Shown here: positions 26,894-37,103 of the stretch, piece after piece | How the letters are laid out: each line of letters begins with the position of its first letter | Numbering within the stretch: the stretch's first letter is position 1 | The notes under the pieces: model-generated | The model's database searches: none | What the model saw: only the letters and a program-made list of their open reading frames with translations | Told to the model about the DNA's origin: nothing | From: Syntrophales bacterium | GTDB lineage: Bacteria > Desulfobacterota > Syntrophia > Syntrophales > UBA2210 | Assembly: GCA_963666365.2 (NCBI GenBank) | Contig: CAXXNF010000002.1 | Location: 1,216,001-1,280,000 of the forward strand | Direction of reading: 5' to 3' | DNA: 64,000 bases | Translations under genes and position numbers: made by a program

Positions 26894-29806
26894 ATGAAAC
26901 ATCTTCCTCTCTACAGCACCCGAATCATCAGACACTACCTCGAGTATGTGGCGCTCCACTATCCTGAGATCGAGATCAATTCGCTCATCGAAGGTGCAGA
27001 CATCACGCCCTTCCAGTTGGAAGACGACGGTCACTGGCTGACCCAGGATCAGGTGGATCGTTTTCACAAGAAACTTGCCGAGCTGACACAGGACCCCAAT
27101 CTGCCCCGCGAGGCGGGGAGGACCTTTGCACCATCAAAATCTTCCGGCGTGTTGTCTCAATATGCCCTTGGCTTCATCACGCCCGGCACCGCCTATGCCA
27201 TGCTGGACAAGCTTTTCAGTCGCGTGACCAGGGCGCATGAGATGACGATTAAATACCTCGCGCCAAACAGCATTAAAGTAATCGTTACCCCCAAAGTCGG
27301 GGTTGAAGAAAAGCCCTACCAATGCGAAAACCGTTTCGGAACCTTTGAGTCGATAGCCAGTCTCTTCACCGGCAAGCTGGCCCAGGTCGAACACCCGACC
27401 TGTATCCACCGCGGCGACGAGGCCTGCACCTATATCATATCCTGGGAGCAGCCCAGATCCTTTGTCTGGAAACGCATCCGCAACTACGGGTCTCTTGTGG
27501 GGGTGAGCCTTTTCCTGGCATCGCTTTTTATACTGCCTCACGGGTATGTGCTGGTCTTTCTGCTGGCGATGGCGCTCCTTATCACCGCCGTATTTCTCTA
27601 CACGGAAAAACTGGAGAAACAGGAAATCAGCACCGTTCTGAAAAATCAGAGCATCCTTGCGGAGGATCTGCTCGATCAGATCAATGTCAGTTATGAAAAT
27701 TCACTGCTCGTTCAGGAGATCGGTCAGGCCGCCTCTGAAATCCTCAACGGCGAAAAAATTCTCGAACATATTACCGGCATAATGTCGAAGCGCCTCAGGT
27801 TTAAACGGGGGATTATTTTTCTCGCCGACAAGGACGGAAACAACCTCGCCTATACCGCTTCCTACGGATTCAGCCCTGAATTGTTGAAGTACCTGCAGTC
27901 AATAACATTTTATTTGGGAAATCCCGCCTCGAAGGGAGAAGTCGTCCGGGCCTTTCGGGAACAAAAGCCCTTTATGGTGAACGACACCGATCAAATCAGG
28001 CAGTATCTCTCTAAACGGACAAGGGAATTCGTGGACAAACTGGGAATCAACTCATTTATCTGCGTGCCCATCATCTATGAAGGCAGGTCCCTGGGCGTCC
28101 TTGCCGTTGATGCGCCGCGATTCGGAAAATCGCCCAACCAGAGCGATGTCAATCTCATCATGGGGATTGCCACGCAGATTGGATCTAGCCTCAACAGCGT
28201 CCGGTTCTATCAGGAGATCAGAGAACGCGAGGCGCTTTTCAGAAATCTCAGTGAAAGCATCCCCGACATTATTGTGACCGTGGCCATGAACGGGGGAATC
28301 ACCTACGTAAATCCCGCCGTCGCAAAGGTGCTGGGATATGCACCGAAGGATGTCATCGGCGCCAATGTGATGGACTTTGTAAAAGAGGGTTCCCGTGCGG
28401 ACTACCTCCTGCTGATGAAACGCATACACGATTCGAAAGATACGGTAAAAAATTTTAAGGGAACGCTTATCAGAAAAGACGGTGCGGAGAGGCTCTTTGA
28501 TATAAATTGCGTGCCCAATCTCAATAGCGACGGCGCCATAAAGGGACTGGTGGCAAACCTGAAAGACATTACAGAACAGCACTCCCTGGAAGCCCAGCTT
28601 CATCATGCATCGAAAATGGAGGCCATCGGCACGTTGACCGGGGGCATATCCCACGACTTCAACAACATACTTCAGGCACTGCGCGGCTACACCCAGCTGC
28701 TCCTCACACACAGACCGCAATCCGACCGTGACCGGCATTATCTCGTCAGTATCGATGAAATGATCGAACGGGCCACAAACCTCACCCGTCAGCTTCTTCT
28801 TTTCAGCCGTAAAGTGGAAAGCAAATTTTCGCCCTTCGACTTCAATCAGGAAATAAAAAAATGTTTCGACATTCTTTCACAAACGATCACCAGGATGATC
28901 ACCATTGAATTGAAACTCTCCGACGATCTTGGCATCGTCAACGGTGACGCCACGCAGATGGGCCAGATCATCATGAATCTCGCCCTGAATGCACGGGATG
29001 CCATGCCTGAAGGTGGTCGTCTTGCCATCACTACGGAAAACGTACAGATCGATGAGACGCAGATTATTGATGATGTCACTATAGACAGAGGCAAATACGT
29101 CAGAATCACCGTCTCAGACACGGGCACGGGCATGACGCAGGAGGTCAGGGAACGCATATTCGAGCCCTTCTTTACCACCAAGGACGGAAAGGGGACCGGT
29201 TTGGGCCTTCCCGTTGTATACGGCATTGTCACAAACCATGGCGGGACCATCGCCTGCCACAGCGAACCCGACAGTGGATCGACCTTCACCGTCTATCTTC
29301 CCCGCATAGACGCCCCCCGTGATGAAAACGCGGTCATCGTAAAGGCGGCTGCACCGGCGCCTGCCCTGAACGGCAGTGAAACTGTCCTGATCGTCGATGA
29401 CGAAGAAATGCTTCTCGAAACGGGAGAAGCCATCCTGGACCAATACGGATATACCACCTGCACGGCGCGCAGCGGCGAAGAAGCCCTCGAATACTTCGCG
29501 CTTCACAAAGATGCCATCGATCTTATACTGCTGGACCTGATTATGCCGGGCATGGGGGGACAGAAATGTCTCGAAGGTCTACTGAAAATCGACCCTTCCG
29601 TTCCTGTCGTCATTACAAGCGGGTACACGGCCGGCATCGACGCGCAGGAAATCCTGCAAAACGGCGCGACGGGGTTTATCAACAAGCCCTATCAGGTCAC
29701 TACGCTTATTCAGGAAATCAGAACGATTCTTGACTGTTCGACAAGAAATAAAGACGCCCCTGCAAAACGTCTACAAACATCCTCTCCCTTGAGGGAAGAG
29801 GATTGA
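26894..29806 (+). CDS. Hybrid histidine kinase (V4R-like sensor, 2 TM, GAF, PAS, HisKA, HATPase, REC)
   Basis: QCENRFG...HPTCIHRGDEACTY (V4R-like); SHDFNN, NLALNARDAM, GTGLGL, LIVDDE and DLIMPGMGG motifs. Confidence 0.92.
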   Translation: MKHLPLYSTRIIRHYLEYVALHYPEIEINSLIEGADITPFQLEDDGHWLTQDQVDRFHKKLAELTQDPNLPREAGRTFAPSKSSGVLSQYALGFITPGTAYAMLDKLFSRVTRAHEMTIKYLAPNSIKVIVTPKVGVEEKPYQCENRFGTFESIASLFTGKLAQVEHPTCIHRGDEACTYIISWEQPRSFVWKRIRNYGSLVGVSLFLASLFILPHGYVLVFLLAMALLITAVFLYTEKLEKQEISTVLKNQSILAEDLLDQINVSYENSLLVQEIGQAASEILNGEKILEHITGIMSKRLRFKRGIIFLADKDGNNLAYTASYGFSPELLKYLQSITFYLGNPASKGEVVRAFREQKPFMVNDTDQIRQYLSKRTREFVDKLGINSFICVPIIYEGRSLGVLAVDAPRFGKSPNQSDVNLIMGIATQIGSSLNSVRFYQEIREREALFRNLSESIPDIIVTVAMNGGITYVNPAVAKVLGYAPKDVIGANVMDFVKEGSRADYLLLMKRIHDSKDTVKNFKGTLIRKDGAERLFDINCVPNLNSDGAIKGLVANLKDITEQHSLEAQLHHASKMEAIGTLTGGISHDFNNILQALRGYTQLLLTHRPQSDRDRHYLVSIDEMIERATNLTRQLLLFSRKVESKFSPFDFNQEIKKCFDILSQTITRMITIELKLSDDLGIVNGDATQMGQIIMNLALNARDAMPEGGRLAITTENVQIDETQIIDDVTIDRGKYVRITVSDTGTGMTQEVRERIFEPFFTTKDGKGTGLGLPVVYGIVTNHGGTIACHSEPDSGSTFTVYLPRIDAPRDENAVIVKAAAPAPALNGSETVLIVDDEEMLLETGEAILDQYGYTTCTARSGEEALEYFALHKDAIDLILLDLIMPGMGGQKCLEGLLKIDPSVPVVITSGYTAGIDAQEILQNGATGFINKPYQVTTLIQEIRTILDCSTRNKDAPAKRLQTSSPLREED

Positions 29807-29807
29807 G

Positions 29808-30935
29808 GTGAGGAATCCTATCATGCCTGAAGAAATTACACGCTGCCGCAGGTGCATACTGCCTTCATCCTATCCCGGCATCGATTTCGACGCCGACGGC
29901 GTCTGCACCTTTTGTCGGGCGGCCCCTTCCCCCGACACAATACAGCCCGCCGCCCATCGGAAAACACAACTCAATGCAATTATTAATGCGTACAGGGGAA
30001 AGGGAGCGTATGACGTCATCGTCGGTCTGAGCGGCGGGAAAGACAGCAGTTATGTTGCCTGGTATCTTCACAATGAATACCATCTTCGCATCCTGGGGAT
30101 TAATTTTGATAACGGGTACCGCTCGGAATATGCCCTGAAAAATATTGCCGTGCTGTCCGATACACTGGGGATAGACGTCGTCACCATCGGACCGAACCTG
30201 AAGTTTCTCAAAAAAATGTATGCCCATTTTCTGCGCCGAAGAGGGGAATTCTGTTCCGTCTGCAATAATATGGGCTATCTTCTTGTGGCAAGTTTCTGCC
30301 GTCGGGAACAGCGGCTGCACGGGGTGTCTCCGCTTGCCGTCGGAGGATGGTCGAAGCGCTACGAGTTTCAGCCGGGCGTGTCGGTCACCTCAATGCAGTA
30401 TTTTTTCGAAACGCTCACCCCTTCCCTCTTCGAGGAACTCATGGCACAACCGTTCATCGAGGAGGCCGTGGTGGAGCGCTATCGCAGGCTTCACGATCCG
30501 CGGCAGGCACAGCTTGACACCACCGGCGGCTCGGAGAAGAACGCCGCCGCAATGGACATGATACAGCTTCCCGACTATATCCAATGGAACATGAAGGATA
30601 TTCCCGATTTTCTTGAGCAGACGCTTGGATGGCGCCGTCCGCCCGACATCCATGCAAGCCACTTCGACTGCACCGTTTTCCCCATCAAAGGATTCCTGAA
30701 GTATCGAAAATTCGGCCTCAGTCAGGAAACCATAAAGAACAGCGTAATGATCCGCGAAGGCGCTATGTCCAGAGAGGAGGCGCTGGCGCGTTGCTCCCTT
30801 GACCAGAGAGATGAGCCGTCAGTATACCGGGGATTTCTCGCGGACCTGGGACTTGCGCCGGAAGACGTCAGCGACGATGCCGAGTGGTCGTCAGGACAGC
30901 GGGAACATGAAAATAGAAACCATCACCATATTTAA
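29808..30935 (+). CDS. PP-loop ATPase, N-acetyl-sugar amidotransferase-like
   Basis: CRRCILP...GVCTFC, LSGGKDSS, FCSVC, HFDC and IREGAMSREEAL motifs. Confidence 0.8.
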   Translation: MRNPIMPEEITRCRRCILPSSYPGIDFDADGVCTFCRAAPSPDTIQPAAHRKTQLNAIINAYRGKGAYDVIVGLSGGKDSSYVAWYLHNEYHLRILGINFDNGYRSEYALKNIAVLSDTLGIDVVTIGPNLKFLKKMYAHFLRRRGEFCSVCNNMGYLLVASFCRREQRLHGVSPLAVGGWSKRYEFQPGVSVTSMQYFFETLTPSLFEELMAQPFIEEAVVERYRRLHDPRQAQLDTTGGSEKNAAAMDMIQLPDYIQWNMKDIPDFLEQTLGWRRPPDIHASHFDCTVFPIKGFLKYRKFGLSQETIKNSVMIREGAMSREEALARCSLDQRDEPSVYRGFLADLGLAPEDVSDDAEWSSGQREHENRNHHHI

Positions 30936-32073
30936 ATGTGAACGCCCCTTTTCACGCGCATTCGCTTCATCGAAACGCAAGCGGACACGGGCTGAAGCGA
31001 TCGTGCTGAAAATCGACTGCGAAAGAGGACTCTTCGGTTACGGTGAATGCACGCCCCGCCCATATGTGACGGGGGAACGCATCGAGTCGGTCTTCGCCGT
31101 CATTCGCACTATCATGGCTGAACAGCTTCTTGGTGAATCCTTTTCTTCGCTCCCGGACATCGCCATGGTTCTGGAGGGACTCTCGCGCACCTGTGAGACC
31201 CGTTATGGCCGTCCCGTCAACTCTGCACTCTGCGCCGTTGAGCTGGCGCTCATCGATGCGCTGGGAAAGCAGTGCAATGCACCGGCACAGAACCTTCTCG
31301 GTCCCGCACTGCGGGAACAGCTTCCCTACGCGCTGTCGATTCCTCTTTTATCCCTGCCCACGCTTCGAAACCTCTTGCCGCTACTGGACACCGTCCCCTT
31401 TTCATCGCTCAAGATTGTTGCCGGCATCGACAGGAACGATACGTTGAACCGTCTTCGCTTCGTCCGTGACGAATACGGATTTGGCGGAGATGTCACCCTT
31501 GAGGCCAACGGCGCCTGGACAGCCGATGAAGCACTCGTCATACTGGATCAGGCCGTTCCATTCGGCATAGCAGGGGTCGAGCAGCCCACGGAAAAGGACG
31601 ATCTGAAGGGCATGCAGAGGGTAAAGTGGGAAACGGGAATCCCCCTTATCGCAGACGAGTCGATGTGCAGCCTTTCCGAAGCGCGAAGGTTGATCGAAGA
31701 GCAGGCATGCGATATCATCAACATCAAAATCTCAAAATGCGGGGGGCTTCTTCAATCGATGGCAATCGCCCGTTATGCCCATGCAGCGGGGATACCCTGT
31801 CAGATCGGCGCCCATGTGGGGGAAACGGAAATCCTCTCATCGGCGGGAAGAGCGCTGGCACGCACCGTACCCGAGATCCTCAGATATGATGGATTCTCCT
31901 CTCTGCTTTTCGATCATCACGGCGGACATGCCCGCAATACCGACTGCAACGCACCGCACAGCGGAAGGGACATGGCCGGGCTCGGCATGGACGTTCAGGA
32001 CAGGTATCTTGTAAAACTCTGGTCTTCCGACGGCGCTACCAGACAAGTTCGACCCGCGCCAGCACACTTGTAA
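30907..32073 (+). CDS. Enolase-superfamily protein (muconate cycloisomerase/dipeptide epimerase subgroup)
   Basis: GYGECTPRPYVTGE, EANGAW, EQP, ADES, NIKISKCGG and GAHVGET motifs. Confidence 0.85.
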   Translation: MKIETITIFKCERPFSRAFASSKRKRTRAEAIVLKIDCERGLFGYGECTPRPYVTGERIESVFAVIRTIMAEQLLGESFSSLPDIAMVLEGLSRTCETRYGRPVNSALCAVELALIDALGKQCNAPAQNLLGPALREQLPYALSIPLLSLPTLRNLLPLLDTVPFSSLKIVAGIDRNDTLNRLRFVRDEYGFGGDVTLEANGAWTADEALVILDQAVPFGIAGVEQPTEKDDLKGMQRVKWETGIPLIADESMCSLSEARRLIEEQACDIINIKISKCGGLLQSMAIARYAHAAGIPCQIGAHVGETEILSSAGRALARTVPEILRYDGFSSLLFDHHGGHARNTDCNAPHSGRDMAGLGMDVQDRYLVKLWSSDGATRQVRPAPAHL

Positions 32074-32626
32074 AAACGAGCGTGGCATCGCCCGTCCCCG
32101 CCACAGACGCTGGTGAAAAAGCAAGACGGTAGGCCTTCCCGTAGGAGGGCTGCACGTAGGGGTAGAAGTGCACCATGAGGGGGGACACTTCCCTTATTTC
32201 CCTCACCTCGCGCGGTTCGTGACGATTCCCCTTCCCGTCGATAAGAAAAATTTTCCATATGGAACCGTAGTGAGCAAAGGTGTTCGCCTCTCTGTCGGGA
32301 GTATAGGCATAAAAGAGAAATTCCGTCGCGTCCGAGTGAGCGGCATCTTGCCGCGCCCTGCGTTCCGACGCCGACAGATCATAAAACCGTGCATATTCCG
32401 TCCAGTAGGCATCATTGAATTCCCGGTGTTTCCATGTAGCAACTATTTTGACCCTTGTTTCAAATTCGGAATATGCAGTCTTCTCCCGCGTCCACTTGTC
32501 GAGCGCCCTGCGGTAGTCCTTTGAAAGCGTCACAGGGCGGACGATATCGACATACTCGCCGAGTGCGGCGCATCCGCACAACAGACACGCGCACAGAAGG
32601 ATCAGCGCCGGCTTACACTTTCTCAT
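32036..32626 (-). CDS. Hypothetical lipoprotein
   Basis: MRKCKPALILLCACLLCGC lipobox; GGAGGA RBS; overlaps the end of purB. Confidence 0.75.
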   Translation of the reverse strand: MRKCKPALILLCACLLCGCAALGEYVDIVRPVTLSKDYRRALDKWTREKTAYSEFETRVKIVATWKHREFNDAYWTEYARFYDLSASERRARQDAAHSDATEFLFYAYTPDREANTFAHYGSIWKIFLIDGKGNRHEPREVREIREVSPLMVHFYPYVQPSYGKAYRLAFSPASVAGTGDATLVFTSVLARVELVW

Positions 32627-33923
32627 CGCGTCCTCCGAATACCCGGTCAAAAACGGTATCAAGATGGGGCAAAAAGTGTTCCGTCTTGAAGGCATCCTCG
32701 ATGTCGTTCTCGGTAAGACGGGACGCCACATCGGGATCTTTCAGAAGCAGATCCTTGAATTCGACTTCTTCGCTCCAGGATTTCATGGCGTTCCTCTGGA
32801 CAATCGCATAGGCATCCTCGCGGGAGATTCCGCATTCGATCAGCTTCAGCAGCACCATCTGGGAAAAGACCAATCCATGGGTCATATTCAGATTTCGGAT
32901 CATCCGGTCGGGATAGACCACAAGTCTGTCCACCATGCCGATACAGCGGTTCAGCATAAAATCGAGCAGAATCGTCGCATCGGGCCCGATCACTCGTTCG
33001 ACGGAAGAATGACTGATATCGCGCTCATGCCACAGCGCCACATCCTCAAGCGCTGCCAGGGCATAGGCTCTCATGAGCCTCGCCAGGCCCGTCAGATTTT
33101 CCGACAACACGGGATTCCGCTTATGGGGCATTGCCGACGACCCCTTCTGGCCCGGTGAAAAATATTCTTCCGCTTCCCTCACCTCCGTTCTCTGAAGATG
33201 ACGGATTTCGATGGCGAATTTCTCTATGGAAGCCGCGCAGATGGCCAATGCGGAAAAATACTCGGCATGACGGTCTCTCTGCACGATCTGCGTGGAAATG
33301 GGAGCGGGCTTCAATCCCAGTTTCTCGCAGACGTATGCCTCTACGGCAGGATCGACAAGGGAGAATGTTCCCACGGCGCCGGCAATTTTGCCGTAGCTGA
33401 TGGTCTCTTGTGCGCGAAGGAGGCGCTGACGATTCCGTTCCATCTCCTGGAACCAGAGCGCCATTTTCAGACCGAAGGTCACCGGTTCCGCATGGATGCC
33501 GTGGGAACGGCCGATCATCAGGGTATCTTTATGCTGAAAGGCCTTTTCCCTGAGACTTGCGAGCAGTCGATCCACATCGGCAATGATCAGTTCGATTGCC
33601 TCTTTCAGAAGCACCGCCAGCGACGTGTCAAGCACATCGGAGGAGGTCAGCCCCATGTGGATAAACCGGGCATCTTCCCCCACCTTTTCGGATACTGAGG
33701 TCAAAAAGGCGATGACATCGTGTTTTACGGTTTTTTCGATTTCATCGATTCTTGAAATGTCAAAGGCCGCTTTCTCTTTTATATTCTGAAGCGCCGACCG
33801 GGGAATTTTCCCCTCCAACGCCAATGCTTCGCAGGCCAGGATCTCCACATCCAGCCATTTTTGGAACCTGTTTTCCGGACTCCAGATAGAGACCATTTCT
33901 TCCCGTGAATATCTTGGAATCAA
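32613..33923 (-). CDS. purB: Adenylosuccinate lyase
   Basis: MIPRY, HDVIAF, GRSHGIHAEP and GSSAMPHKRNP motifs. Confidence 0.97.
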   Translation of the reverse strand: MIPRYSREEMVSIWSPENRFQKWLDVEILACEALALEGKIPRSALQNIKEKAAFDISRIDEIEKTVKHDVIAFLTSVSEKVGEDARFIHMGLTSSDVLDTSLAVLLKEAIELIIADVDRLLASLREKAFQHKDTLMIGRSHGIHAEPVTFGLKMALWFQEMERNRQRLLRAQETISYGKIAGAVGTFSLVDPAVEAYVCEKLGLKPAPISTQIVQRDRHAEYFSALAICAASIEKFAIEIRHLQRTEVREAEEYFSPGQKGSSAMPHKRNPVLSENLTGLARLMRAYALAALEDVALWHERDISHSSVERVIGPDATILLDFMLNRCIGMVDRLVVYPDRMIRNLNMTHGLVFSQMVLLKLIECGISREDAYAIVQRNAMKSWSEEVEFKDLLLKDPDVASRLTENDIEDAFKTEHFLPHLDTVFDRVFGGRDEKV

Positions 33924-34100
33924 TTTGCGTCACCCCCTGATAGATCAACAATTACTAGTACGATGGAGCAAAGCGAGTCAAGCAAATTTTACATTGCGCC
34001 TGTGTCGTATCGCCGTTTCATCCGTTTGAAGAGCCCCATGAGATACCCCTCTGTTTTACAGGACTTATAAAGTATTTTTTCCGACCGCCAAAAATTAACT

Positions 34101-34148
34101 TGACTATATATAGTATCCGTACTAGCATTTTGACCCTACATATTGTGG
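34101..34148 (+). promoter_or_regulatory. Tandem NrdR boxes
   Basis: TGACTATATATAGTAT (34101) and ACCCTACATATTGTGG (34133), 32 bp apart, match acaCwAtATaTwGtg upstream of nrdD. Confidence 0.85.
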
Positions 34149-34174
34149 TTTTCAATGCATGAGGGGGGGAGACC

Positions 34175-36283
34175 ATGCGCACAAAAATAAGAAAACGGGA
34201 TGGGCGGCTTGTTGCGTTTGACGCCGAAAAGATCACCCACGCCATCGCCCTTGCCGGGAGTGCAACGGGAGAATTCGACAAAAAGGTTGCAAAACGCCTG
34301 ACCATACGGGTGCTTAATCTCGCCGATACACTTTTTGACGATGAAGTCATCGGCGTAGAAGAGATACAGGACATCGTCGAAGAGGTACTGCTCTCTTCCT
34401 CATACAGGAAAACGGCAAAGGCCTATATCATCTACCGTGATCAGCATGCCCGCCTCCGCGAGATCGCCAACAGGATGGAAGTGGATCTGGTGGATCAATA
34501 CTTGAGGAAAATTGACTGGAAGATTAATGAAAACAGTAATATGGATTATTCACTCCAGGGTCTCAACAACTACATATCCTCTGAAGTGAGCAAGGTATAC
34601 TGGCTCAATAAAATCTATACGCCTGAAATAAAAGAGGCCCACATGAGGGGGGACTTCCATATCCATGATTTAAGTCTGCTTTCCGTTTACTGTGTCGGCT
34701 GGGATCTCTACGATCTGCTCATGGAGGGTTTCAAAGGCGTATCAGGCAAAGTAGAGAGCAAACCGGCCCATCACCTTCGCAGCGCCCTGGGACAGGTGGT
34801 GAATTTTTTCTACACACTGCAGGGAGAAGCGGCAGGCGCCCAGGCCTTTTCGAGCTTCGACACGCTTCTGGCGCCCTTTATCAGGCATGACGGATTGGGG
34901 TATCCAGAGGTGCGTCAGGTACTTCAGGAATTTATTTTCAACATCAACGTTCCCACGCGGGTCGGTTTTCAGACACCCTTCACCAACGTGACCCTCGATG
35001 TCAAGGTACCCCGCTTTTACGCCGACCAGAGCGTAATTATCGGAGGGAAACCGCAGAAGGAAACCTATGGAGAATTCCAGTATGAGATGGACATCTTCAA
35101 TCGCGCCTTTTTAGAAGTCATGTCGGAAGGAGACGCGAAGGGGAGAGTTTTCACCTTTCCCATACCCACCTACAACATAGGCAGGGACTTTGAGTGGGAT
35201 AACGCCAATCTCGATTACCTCTGGCAGATGACGTCCAAATACGGCGTTCCTTATTTTTCCAACTTCGTCAATTCCGACATGCACCCTGAAGATGCGCGGA
35301 GCATGTGCTGTCGATTGAGAATAGACAATCGCGAGCTTGAAAAACGGGGAGGTGGTCTTTTCGGTTCGAATCCCCTTACGGGGTCCATCGGGGTCATCAC
35401 CATCAATATGCCGAGAATCGGCTATCTGTCGTCAACGGAAGAAGAATTCATAAAGAGACTGGACAGTCTGATGGTAATGGCAAAGGAAAGCCTGGAAACG
35501 AAACGAAAGGTGCTGGAGGCGTACACGGACAGCAATCTTTATCCCTACACTAAGTACTATCTGAGAAAAATGAAAGAACGCTTCGGCGCCTACTGGAAAA
35601 ATCACTTTTCCACTATCGGCCTGGTCGGCATGAACGAAGCGTGCCTGAACTTTCTCGGCGTCACCATCGCCGACCCGCGCGGAAGCGCCTTTGCAAAGAA
35701 GATACTCGATTTCATGCGGAATCGTCTCATCGATTTTCAGCAGGAAACGGGTGATAATTTCAATCTGGAAGCCACGCCGGCCGAAGGCACCTCATACAGT
35801 CTGGCCAGGATCGATCGGCAGCGCTACCCCGAAATGATCTTTGCAAACGGGAACGGCCATGCCTCAGGCGCCCCCGGATCGAAAATACCCGGGGAAGTGT
35901 TCTACACCAATTCGACACAATTGCCGGTCAACTTTACCGACGATATTTTCGAAGCCCTCGATCTTCAGGATGAAATTCAGTCGCGATACACCGGCGGCAC
36001 GGTATTTCATATTTTTGCCGGCGAGCGCACCGACGATCCCCGCACAATCAAACAACTGGTGCGCACAATCTGCACTGCCTATCACCTGCCCTATTTCACC
36101 TTTTCCCCCACATTCAGCGTCTGTCCTCACCACGGATACCTGAGGGGCGAGCAGGATACCTGCCCGGAATGTGGGGATACATGCGAGGTGTATTCGCGCA
36201 TCGTCGGATATCTGAGACCGGTCAAACAGTGGAACAAAGGGAAACAAACGGAATTCAAAATGCGAAAAACCTTCGCCCTTTAG
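34175..36283 (+). CDS. nrdD: Class III anaerobic ribonucleotide reductase with ATP cone
   Basis: IRKRDG ATP cone, HIHDL, SMCCRL, EATPAEG and glycyl-radical RIVGYL motifs. Confidence 0.97.
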   Translation: MRTKIRKRDGRLVAFDAEKITHAIALAGSATGEFDKKVAKRLTIRVLNLADTLFDDEVIGVEEIQDIVEEVLLSSSYRKTAKAYIIYRDQHARLREIANRMEVDLVDQYLRKIDWKINENSNMDYSLQGLNNYISSEVSKVYWLNKIYTPEIKEAHMRGDFHIHDLSLLSVYCVGWDLYDLLMEGFKGVSGKVESKPAHHLRSALGQVVNFFYTLQGEAAGAQAFSSFDTLLAPFIRHDGLGYPEVRQVLQEFIFNINVPTRVGFQTPFTNVTLDVKVPRFYADQSVIIGGKPQKETYGEFQYEMDIFNRAFLEVMSEGDAKGRVFTFPIPTYNIGRDFEWDNANLDYLWQMTSKYGVPYFSNFVNSDMHPEDARSMCCRLRIDNRELEKRGGGLFGSNPLTGSIGVITINMPRIGYLSSTEEEFIKRLDSLMVMAKESLETKRKVLEAYTDSNLYPYTKYYLRKMKERFGAYWKNHFSTIGLVGMNEACLNFLGVTIADPRGSAFAKKILDFMRNRLIDFQQETGDNFNLEATPAEGTSYSLARIDRQRYPEMIFANGNGHASGAPGSKIPGEVFYTNSTQLPVNFTDDIFEALDLQDEIQSRYTGGTVFHIFAGERTDDPRTIKQLVRTICTAYHLPYFTFSPTFSVCPHHGYLRGEQDTCPECGDTCEVYSRIVGYLRPVKQWNKGKQTEFKMRKTFAL

Positions 36284-36287
36284 ACCA

Positions 36288-36980
36288 ATGGCAATAGGAG
36301 GCCTGCAAAGATTTTCCCTTATTGACTATCCGGGAACAGTCTGCGCCACTCTATTCACACAGGGCTGTACCTTTCGCTGTCCCTACTGTCACAATCCGGA
36401 ACTTGTCGACAAAAGGCTTTTTCAGGAACCCATTCCCCCTGCCGACGTAATCGATTTTTTGAAGACGCGACAGGGAAAACTCGGGGGGGTCTGCATTACC
36501 GGGGGCGAACCGACAATTCATGGAGACGAGCTGATCCGCCTGGCAGAAGAGATCGGACAGTTGGGATTCCGCATAAAGATCGATACGAACGGTTCCCGTC
36601 CCGCTGTCTTGAAATCACTGCTGAGGCATAATCTTCTCGACTATATTGCCATGGACATCAAGGCGCCGCTTTCAGACTACGCACGGGTTGTCGGCGCCCC
36701 CGTCGATCCCGCAGGCATAGAGGAAAGTATCGATCTGATCATGAGATCCTCTCTCGACTACGAATTCAGAACAACGGTGGTAAAATCACTCCTGAGCCCA
36801 TCGGCTCTGGAGAAAATCGGGAGGCGCATCAAGGGCGCCCGACGGTATGTCCTTCAGAAATTTAATCCTCAAAAGACCCTGAACAGTGCATACAGGAGGG
36901 AAACAACCTATGGCGATGATGAATTTGATGCGATTGTGACAATGCTGCAACGCCTGCTCCCCTCGGTAATCCTCCGGTAG
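36288..36980 (+). CDS. nrdG: NrdD activating radical-SAM enzyme
   Basis: CTFRCPYCHN and TGGEPT motifs; adjacent to nrdD. Confidence 0.95.
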   Translation: MAIGGLQRFSLIDYPGTVCATLFTQGCTFRCPYCHNPELVDKRLFQEPIPPADVIDFLKTRQGKLGGVCITGGEPTIHGDELIRLAEEIGQLGFRIKIDTNGSRPAVLKSLLRHNLLDYIAMDIKAPLSDYARVVGAPVDPAGIEESIDLIMRSSLDYEFRTTVVKSLLSPSALEKIGRRIKGARRYVLQKFNPQKTLNSAYRRETTYGDDEFDAIVTMLQRLLPSVILR

Positions 36981-37103
36981 GGCGGTACAGGCGCCCTCAT
37001 GGTCCGGCCAGTCGCCGCCAATATCTGACCTGCGCTTCAGGAAGCGGAAATCGACTTGTCAACACATGCAATATCTGATAGGTAGGGAAAATTCGCAACA
37101 GAG

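Noticed and set aside
32183..32200. GGGACACTTCCCTTATTT as a fifth copy of the polX-flanking repeat
   Set aside because: Single imperfect copy without a partner arm, inside an intact lipoprotein frame (EIREVSP); probably chance.
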